IMG/VR virus record: IMGVR_UViG_3300006127_001273
Location: 52,038 to 116,037 of that record
Source: a virus
Taxonomy: Duplodnaviria; Caudoviricetes
Strand: one strand, 5' to 3'
DNA: 64,000 bases
How positions within the stretch are numbered: position 1 is the first letter of the stretch; each line of letters starts with the position of its first letter. Below the pieces are notes generated by a model. The model saw only the letters and a list, made by a program, of their open reading frames with translations. It searched no databases and had not been told where the DNA came from. The translations under genes and the position numbers were made by a program. Positions 57,648-64,000 of the stretch are shown one piece after another.

Positions 57648-59795
57648 TTAACTAAAAAGATTTTTAACGTTAAACATTACATCTGGTCCACCTTTATTTG
57701 GATTTTCTTGTTGGGGTCTTCTCATACCATGTAACTCTTGAGTGAATTTACCATCTTTGAGACGACTCACTACTTTTGTAACTTTATAGATCCCACTAAA
57801 ATGAATTACAGGAGCAACTTTGCTATTGCCTCCGAAATCATATAAACCAGTTGCTTGATTTAAATCTAAAGGTGAACGAAAATTAACTTCAATATCAACT
57901 TCACTGCTTTGATAATTCACAGACATATCAGAATTTAAATCTTTATATTGTGTCGGTGTAGATGTATAATTTCCCATTCCGCTGTGAGGTATCCAATACG
58001 GATCTCCTAAAATTTTCATATCTAAATTTACCATTTCCATTGGGTTTGTAAGAGCGTCTAAAAAGGTTCGACCTGCTCTGTTTCCTTGATTTTCTTGACC
58101 ACCACCACCTTGATGATCAGTAGTAGTTGTAGTATTGGTGTATCTAACTTGAGATGGTAGGACTCCTGGTTCAGATGACGGTGCTAATCCAGAAAATAAC
58201 GGCTTAACGAACGAAAATAGAGAACTTAACCAATCAATTGCTTCCATAACCCCGGCTCCAAACTCTGCGGCAGTTAATACATCCTGCGATCTTGCTAAAT
58301 TATCTGCGGGCATTAATCGAGCAAATGAGTTACTAAAGTCAATGTTAAATTCCAATACTTCGGTGTTATTTCCAGTATAGATATAATCGTATCTTTTAAT
58401 AATCTCTGATTGAATTTTATCGTATCCCGGTGGACGTACATTCGGCGCAGATAATACGCCGCCGTGTGCTTTATACGGCATTATTCTATAAACAATCACT
58501 TTTGGTGTTGTACCTGTTTTTGCTAAGTTAGCATCGTCTTTAATAAAATATGTTTGTGTATCTAAAACCCACCATTGACGCATACCTTTTTCGTCTATCG
58601 CATCCATGCCGAGTGCAGTTTTAGGATATTCACTTTGCAATATTACATTATTAATAATCTGCTCGATGTACTGAGTTGATGCATATGTGTGAGTACTATC
58701 AGCTGGATCAAATTGAACATTACCATTATTCCAAATTTTAGCAGTTTCGTCATATACTTTATTTTCATCATTAACTGACGCAGATGCTTTTCTATCCGAC
58801 GAAACCATTTTTGCTTGACCAATAGCATTAGTAGTCACATTTGATCCTGTTGACGAAGTTGCACCCATTCCTAATACCGAACTTAAATCTCCGCCATTGA
58901 TTACAGCAGATGGTGATACTGTAGAAGTTAGTGCTGAAGTTATGCTAGAGTTTTGCGACGATGTCTGTGGCTTATCAGGAAACATAATAACGTATTTCGT
59001 TGGCGTAGATTCTATACCGTCGTCGACTAACTGTTTAGCTCTTGCATTTAACACCGCTTGCAAACTTTTTTCCCCAGTTTGCAATATTTCTTGAACTGTT
59101 TTTCCTTTAATTGTTGTATCGCTTTTTGTTTTTGCATGTTCGGTAGAATGTGCCTTGCCGTTAGTAACCAATGCTTCACAATTATATGTTGTTCCTTTCT
59201 CACTTGCTTTAATTCCAAAATGTTTAAAATGTATCGGAATATATCGGGTGGTACTAGGAATATTTACAGGTGCACCGTTTTGTTGCCATCCTCTAAACTC
59301 AATCGTTATTAGATAAGGAGCTTCCATCCAATTTTTCCACCCTGCATCATTTGCTGCTTTTTGAACTGCTAATACAAACATTCCCATACTGTAAGGTTCG
59401 TAAATATCAAAAGTTGCATTTGATGTGTAACTATTGTGATGTTGAAAACCAATAATGCTATCTAATGTTAAATTATCGATAAAGAAATCAAACTGACCAT
59501 ATTGAGTTTGCACTCTATTTGCAGGATCAGCACTAGCCGATTTACATATTAACTCAATACGCTGTCCTATCATGTACGTACTGTCTGGGTTATTAAATTG
59601 ATCGTGTGTTAAAACACCTAATCCTAAAATATAATCGTGAGTTGCATAATTTGATAATTCATTAGGAAGTGGTAAATTAAGATTTCCTATAGTATTAATA
59701 ATGCCGTTAGAAAAAGACGAAACTGCATTAGAAACACTCGAAGTTAGTGAAGAAATATCTGTTATTACTGCCGATGTTGAATCGAAAATACTCAT
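57648..59795 (-). CDS. Baseplate hub protein (gp27-like position)
   Basis: 715 aa between gp53-like and gp5-like genes; C-terminal ILGDPYW and FSGIYKVTKVVS..KDGKFTQEL. Confidence 0.6.
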   Translation of the reverse strand: MSIFDSTSAVITDISSLTSSVSNAVSSFSNGIINTIGNLNLPLPNELSNYATHDYILGLGVLTHDQFNNPDSTYMIGQRIELICKSASADPANRVQTQYGQFDFFIDNLTLDSIIGFQHHNSYTSNATFDIYEPYSMGMFVLAVQKAANDAGWKNWMEAPYLITIEFRGWQQNGAPVNIPSTTRYIPIHFKHFGIKASEKGTTYNCEALVTNGKAHSTEHAKTKSDTTIKGKTVQEILQTGEKSLQAVLNARAKQLVDDGIESTPTKYVIMFPDKPQTSSQNSSITSALTSTVSPSAVINGGDLSSVLGMGATSSTGSNVTTNAIGQAKMVSSDRKASASVNDENKVYDETAKIWNNGNVQFDPADSTHTYASTQYIEQIINNVILQSEYPKTALGMDAIDEKGMRQWWVLDTQTYFIKDDANLAKTGTTPKVIVYRIMPYKAHGGVLSAPNVRPPGYDKIQSEIIKRYDYIYTGNNTEVLEFNIDFSNSFARLMPADNLARSQDVLTAAEFGAGVMEAIDWLSSLFSFVKPLFSGLAPSSEPGVLPSQVRYTNTTTTTDHQGGGGQENQGNRAGRTFLDALTNPMEMVNLDMKILGDPYWIPHSGMGNYTSTPTQYKDLNSDMSVNYQSSEVDIEVNFRSPLDLNQATGLYDFGGNSKVAPVIHFSGIYKVTKVVSRLKDGKFTQELHGMRRPQQENPNKGGPDVMFNVKNLFS

Positions 59796-59796
59796 T

Positions 59797-60096
59797 TTAT
59801 ATTCCTAAAACTGTTTTTAAACTGCTGCCTTTTGGAATGTATATCGATACTCCTGGAACAAAATCAAATATAGGATCTTGTAACACATTTAAATTTCGTT
59901 GAATAAAAACCCACCATAGTTGAGGAGACCCGTATAAATCGTATGCTAACAAGTCTGGCCTATATGTGTATTGTGCCTCAATGGTATAAAGGAAATCATC
60001 CGGTTCTGCACTAACTGGCCTGATCGATAATATATCAAGATAGTTATTAGTGATAGGTGTTGTATACCAAGGACTAGTATTACTATAAGTTGCCAT
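59797..60096 (-). CDS. gp53: Baseplate wedge gp53-like (LysM-like)
   Basis: YRPDLLAYDLYGSPQLWWVF...N...DP...IYIP. Confidence 0.8.
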   Translation of the reverse strand: MATYSNTSPWYTTPITNNYLDILSIRPVSAEPDDFLYTIEAQYTYRPDLLAYDLYGSPQLWWVFIQRNLNVLQDPIFDFVPGVSIYIPKGSSLKTVLGI

Positions 60097-61109
60097 TACA
60101 TATACCCAAAATAATTATTAATATATCCGCCTGAGACAAATTGATCTAAACTAAATTGTCTAATACTTGTCCTACTATATACTGCTCGAACACTTATTGT
60201 AAATGTGCTTGCAGTTGGGACATATGCTAACCCGCCGCTAACTGTCCCTCCGATATTATATGCACTTAACATGCTAGAAACTTGTCCAACTCCTCCAGCA
60301 ATTCCGTTAACTAATCCGGTGATGCCTGACAGGCCTGGTATAGCTGAGCCGACGGTGTTTGCAACATTACCGATTGCATTAGAAATATTAGCAATGTTAC
60401 CTGCTTCTGTACCAACAACAGGAGTACTAATGTAATCACAATCTTTTGGGAGAGTAACATCAACTGTTTCAACTACAACCGGGATGTTTTTAAACACATA
60501 ATTTCCGTACCCATTTAAAAACACAACCGGAGGAGGATTACCAGCAAGCGCATCATATCCCATAAACATCTTAGTTATTGATCTAAAATAATGTAAAGAT
60601 GCTAACCAATATAATGCCTGTGTCGGATCTTCAACATTCATCGGTGCAGTGATTTGAATTTTTTGAGGTTCGGAAAATTTAAAATAATTAATAGAAAAAT
60701 TATTATGCATAGTCGGTTCGTGCCCATACGTTGCAACAGATTGCATTGTTATTTCAGGTGTATATGGAAATATCATGCCTCCTGCATCACGTAATGGTTT
60801 AAGAACTGGGCTATCAATAAAACTAATCCAATTAGGAAGACTTAATCTTACACGAAAATCATTAGGATTGTCATTGTTAGAAAACATCGATACTGCACTA
60901 ACTACACTACCGACTGCTTCCCCTGCGGCAGGCAAGTTGATACTTCTAATGGCGCTTGAAATATCGCCCGACTGTAGTGCTGAACTAATTGCAGATCCTA
61001 ATCTACCTGCGGTTCCTACTGCATTGGCTACAGAACCGAATACTGCACCCGAAGTTGCAATAGTTGAGGTACTTGATTGACCAGTATTAAATTGTTGAAG
61101 TGTAGTCAT
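60096..61109 (-). CDS. Tail tube initiator / baseplate protein (gp48/gp54-like)
   Basis: GMIFPYTPEI, GNPPPVVFLNGYG..VFKNIPVVV; first gene of the late operon. Confidence 0.65.
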   Translation of the reverse strand: MTTLQQFNTGQSSTSTIATSGAVFGSVANAVGTAGRLGSAISSALQSGDISSAIRSINLPAAGEAVGSVVSAVSMFSNNDNPNDFRVRLSLPNWISFIDSPVLKPLRDAGGMIFPYTPEITMQSVATYGHEPTMHNNFSINYFKFSEPQKIQITAPMNVEDPTQALYWLASLHYFRSITKMFMGYDALAGNPPPVVFLNGYGNYVFKNIPVVVETVDVTLPKDCDYISTPVVGTEAGNIANISNAIGNVANTVGSAIPGLSGITGLVNGIAGGVGQVSSMLSAYNIGGTVSGGLAYVPTASTFTISVRAVYSRTSIRQFSLDQFVSGGYINNYFGYM

Positions 61110-61129
61110 TTTTCGTCCTTTTGGTATAA

Positions 61130-61136
61130 TATTTAG
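61130..61136 (-). promoter_or_regulatory. Putative late promoter of the structural operon
   Basis: CTAAATA on the minus strand ~20 nt before ATG 61109. Confidence 0.55.
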
Positions 61137-61165
61137 TTGACTTTTTAATGTGCGTATATTATAAT
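61137..61165 (+). promoter_or_regulatory. Sigma70-type promoter for the late sigma gene
   Basis: TTGACT-N17-TATAAT; GGAG RBS downstream. Confidence 0.8.
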
Positions 61166-61188
61166 TTTAGTAATGGAGAAACAAATTA

Positions 61189-62016
61189 ATGTTACAAAAA
61201 GTAAATTATCTCAATAACAAGGATATGTTATTAGAGATACATAGATCAAAGACATCATATTGTAGTTTTATAAAACCAGAATATCACCAATACGATATTA
61301 TCTTACCTAGTTTAGATAAGATTAATATTAGAACTGTTGCTGATGCAAAACGAAATCAAGCAAAAAGGCTCGGTGAAGCAGAGTATATTCGTCGCAAAAC
61401 AGCCGGCGAAAAAGTCAAACAAGCAGAGTGCGAAGTAGATTATAAAAAAATCGCAAAAACTGACTTGATCTTTAGAATAATGTCGTTTGACCATATTCCT
61501 ACCAATTCTATCCGCAAGAAAAATCCAAAAAGTGTTGCAGACAGACACGAAAAAGTTAATTTTCCCCCGTTTCAACATTGGCGATTTAATGATAACGATG
61601 AATTAGAATGTGTAGGCAAGAGTCATTGGCGCGGTGATTTGTTGACTGGCGAATTTGACAAAAATAGAGGAAAAATCACGGACAATTTAGCTCGCATGAT
61701 GATTAAATTATGTGAACGATACGCTACTAGAGGCAATGTTCGCGGGTATACTTACAACGACGAAATGCGCGGGCAAGCAATCTTACAATTAACACAAATC
61801 GGTTTACAATTTGATGAAAGTAAATCCGATAATCCATTTGCTTACTTCACAGCAGCCGTTACTAATAGTTTTGTTCGTGTTATTAATATCGAAAAGCGTA
61901 ATCAAAATATTCGAGACGATATTTTAGAAATGAACGGGATGAATCCAAGTTATACTCGTACAGGAGATGCAGAATATGAATATGCACTTAAAAGATACAA
62001 CGAGGACCAAGAATGA
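61189..62016 (+). CDS. gp55: Late-transcription sigma factor (gp55-like)
   Basis: NYLNNKDML, GYTYNDEM...AI, FDESKSDNPFAYFT, F.R.I..EK; upstream of gp47/gp46 as in T4. Confidence 0.85.
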   Translation: MLQKVNYLNNKDMLLEIHRSKTSYCSFIKPEYHQYDIILPSLDKINIRTVADAKRNQAKRLGEAEYIRRKTAGEKVKQAECEVDYKKIAKTDLIFRIMSFDHIPTNSIRKKNPKSVADRHEKVNFPPFQHWRFNDNDELECVGKSHWRGDLLTGEFDKNRGKITDNLARMMIKLCERYATRGNVRGYTYNDEMRGQAILQLTQIGLQFDESKSDNPFAYFTAAVTNSFVRVINIEKRNQNIRDDILEMNGMNPSYTRTGDAEYEYALKRYNEDQE

Positions 62017-62240
62017 TAATTGATTTAAAAGATCCAAGAGTTAATAAAGCAATCGAACTGGTACAAGATAAGCATAATGTTCCTTTTGGGAGAGAATTTG
62101 AAAGAATCTTCGAAGAACAGTATCATTGTAAAATAGTCCCAGAACCGGGTGATTGGTCATGTACTAGAGGGTCGTTATATATTTCCGAAGACAAATATGC
62201 AAATTGGTTTGTATTACAATTTGGGCATGGTGGAAAATGA
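62013..62240 (+). CDS. Small hypothetical protein
   Basis: 75 aa, ATGA overlap, ends NWFVLQFG. Confidence 0.65.
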   Translation: MIIDLKDPRVNKAIELVQDKHNVPFGREFERIFEEQYHCKIVPEPGDWSCTRGSLYISEDKYANWFVLQFGHGGK

Positions 62241-62476
62241 AATTTAAAATCGACGAATTAGAAGAATTATATAACAAATACTTATTTGCAACAGCCGATG
62301 TTCCAACTATGAATGCTATTATGATGGAACTTAGACAACTTGAAGAAAAGTATAACTATAGGTTTACTATCACTGCGGTTCCTAAAGAACACGACAGCGA
62401 ACTATCATTTCAACTGTCATTCAAAACACCTGCAGATAGAAATTGGTTTGCATTAAAGTGGGGTGTAAGTGAGTAA
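62237..62476 (+). CDS. Small hypothetical protein
   Basis: ATGA overlap at 62237 (ORF track starts 62204); ends NWFALKWG. Confidence 0.65.
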   Translation: MKFKIDELEELYNKYLFATADVPTMNAIMMELRQLEEKYNYRFTITAVPKEHDSELSFQLSFKTPADRNWFALKWGVSE

Positions 62477-63482
62477 CTTATTCAAAAAAGTAGCCTGTTT
62501 TACCGATATTCATTTTGGATTAAAGTCAAACAGCGCGGTACATAATCAAGATTGTGAAGATTTTGTTGATTGGTATATTAAAAAAGCAAAAGAGGAAGAT
62601 TGTGATACAGGAATCTTTCTCGGTGACTGGCATCATAATCGTAATAGTTTGAATATTACAACAATGACTTCTAGTCTACGTGCTTTAGAAAAGTTAGGTC
62701 AAGCATTTGATCAATTTTTCTTTTTTCCAGGTAATCACGATTTATACTATAAGGATAAGAGAGATATCCACAGCGTAGAGTTCGGCAAACATGTACCGGG
62801 AATTACAATTGTAGATAAACCTACTACCATTGGCGATGTAACCCTTTGTCCGTGGTTAGTAGGTGACGAATGGAAATCTATAGGCAAAAAGCCTAGCAAA
62901 TACTTGTTTGGGCATTTTGAATTACCACACTTCTTTATGAACGCTATGGTACAAATGCCCGATCATGGAGAAATGCAACCGGATCAGTTAACTAGATATG
63001 AAAAAGTTTTTAGCGGCCACTTTCACAAAAGACAAAATAATAATAATATTCACTATATTGGCAATGCTTTCCCACATAATTATTCAGATACTTGGGATGA
63101 TGCCCGGGGAATGATGGTAATGGAATGGGGCAGTGAACCAGAATTCTTTACTTGGGATAATCAACCCACGTTTAGAACTGTTAAACTAAGCCAACTAATC
63201 GACGATGCGGATAATTTACTCAAGGCTAAGCAACATTTAAGAGTCAATCTTGATATCGATATTAGTTTCGAAGAAGCAAGTTTTATTAAAGAAAATTTTA
63301 TTACCAATTATAATTTAAGAGAATTAACTTTGATCACAGAACGGCGAGCAGTTGAATTAACTGAAGAATTTGATGTACAATCATTCGAATCAGTGGATCA
63401 AATTGTTACCAATCAGCTTGTAAGTATTCAATCTGACAAGTATAATACTAACACACTACTAGATATCTATAATAATTTATGA
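62469..63482 (+). CDS. gp47: Recombination endonuclease subunit gp47 (Mre11/SbcD-like)
   Basis: FTDIHFG, GDWHH, GNHD, GHFE, SGHFH metallophosphoesterase motifs. Confidence 0.92.
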   Translation: MSNLFKKVACFTDIHFGLKSNSAVHNQDCEDFVDWYIKKAKEEDCDTGIFLGDWHHNRNSLNITTMTSSLRALEKLGQAFDQFFFFPGNHDLYYKDKRDIHSVEFGKHVPGITIVDKPTTIGDVTLCPWLVGDEWKSIGKKPSKYLFGHFELPHFFMNAMVQMPDHGEMQPDQLTRYEKVFSGHFHKRQNNNNIHYIGNAFPHNYSDTWDDARGMMVMEWGSEPEFFTWDNQPTFRTVKLSQLIDDADNLLKAKQHLRVNLDIDISFEEASFIKENFITNYNLRELTLITERRAVELTEEFDVQSFESVDQIVTNQLVSIQSDKYNTNTLLDIYNNL

Positions 63483-64000
63483 CTCTCCTTAAGACATTAA
63501 CTGTTAAAAACTTTATGAGCGTGGGTAATCAAACCCAAGCAGTACGACTTGACTCTGAACATCTTACACTTGTATTAGGTGAAAACTTAGATATGGGTGG
63601 CGATGATTCGGGGTCTCGTAACGGTACAGGTAAAACTACAATTCTTAACGCTTTGAGTTACGCATTATACGGTACTGCTCTAACAAACATTAAAAAAGAT
63701 AACTTGATTAACAAAATTAACAATAAAAATATGTTAGTTACGTTAACTTTTGAAAAAGATGGTAACAAATATCGAATCGAACGCGGCAGAAAACCCAATA
63801 TTCTTAAGTTCTATGTCAATGATGAAGAACAATCTAGTAACGACAATGACGAAGCACAAGGCGATAGCAGGGAAACACAAAAAGATTTTCATATCTTATT
63901 CGGTATGAAGCATCTAATGTTTAAGCATATCGTAGGGCTTAACACATACACCGAACCGTTCTTATCGATGCGGGCAAACGATCAAAGAGAAATTATTGAA
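63479..64000 (+). CDS. gp46: Recombination ATPase gp46 (Rad50/SbcC-like), 5' part
   Basis: ATGA overlap; MTLLKTLTVKNFMSVGN...RNGTGKTT Walker A; open to the window end. Confidence 0.92.
   Translation, partial: MTLLKTLTVKNFMSVGNQTQAVRLDSEHLTLVLGENLDMGGDDSGSRNGTGKTTILNALSYALYGTALTNIKKDNLINKINNKNMLVTLTFEKDGNKYRIERGRKPNILKFYVNDEEQSSNDNDEAQGDSRETQKDFHILFGMKHLMFKHIVGLNTYTEPFLSMRANDQREIIE

Noticed and set aside
1-64000. Stop-codon reassignment
   Set aside because: Core genes are intact in the standard code, and TAA, TAG and TGA all end genes at sensible junctions.
1-64000. Short antisense or out-of-frame ORFs in the track (e.g. 1142-1444, 15199-15768, 34629-35225, 56330-56731)
   Set aside because: They lie inside well-supported genes and show no recognisable motifs; shadow ORFs.
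1-64000. Apparent abundance of TCGA/GATC as a footprint of base modification
   Set aside because: Only an impression; needs a Markov-corrected k-mer count that I cannot run.

Overview
AT-rich, gene-dense segment of a large T4-related myophage; the gene set and order resemble RaK2/GAP32-type and environmental large phages. It reads in the standard genetic code, and I found no tRNA, CRISPR array, integrase or transposase. Plus strand 1-23.5 kb: putative internal head proteins, T4 DsbA-like protein, family B DNA polymerase, clamp-like protein, a 7-deazaguanine DNA-modification neighbourhood (DpdA/TGT-like, QueD-paralog with LxxxHRHxF, GT-B glycosyltransferase, PRTase, FolE, TauD-like dioxygenase, QueE; no QueC, QueF or canonical QueD in the window), RNase H/5'-3' exonuclease, MoxR AAA+ and VWA-metallopeptidase, DHFR and thymidylate synthase. 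Minus strand 61.1-23.4 kb: late baseplate/tail operon (gp48/54-, gp53-, gp27-, gp5-, gp25-, gp6-like, a ~4900-aa wedge/adhesin protein, fibre proteins) ending in four GT-A glycosyltransferase-like genes. Plus strand 61.2-64 kb: gp55-like late sigma factor, gp47 and partial gp46. Best novel-system candidates: (1) a deazaguanine cluster whose glycosyltransferase resembles the tRNA queuosine mannosyltransferase family (GTDC1/QTMAN), suggesting a glycosylated 7-deazaguanine in DNA; (2) a tail-operon glycosyltransferase module suggesting virion glycosylation; (3) regulatory RNA structures, namely twin hairpins at the DNA polymerase RBS and hairpins overlapping late-promoter motifs. All family assignments come from motif recognition by eye; no database search was run.
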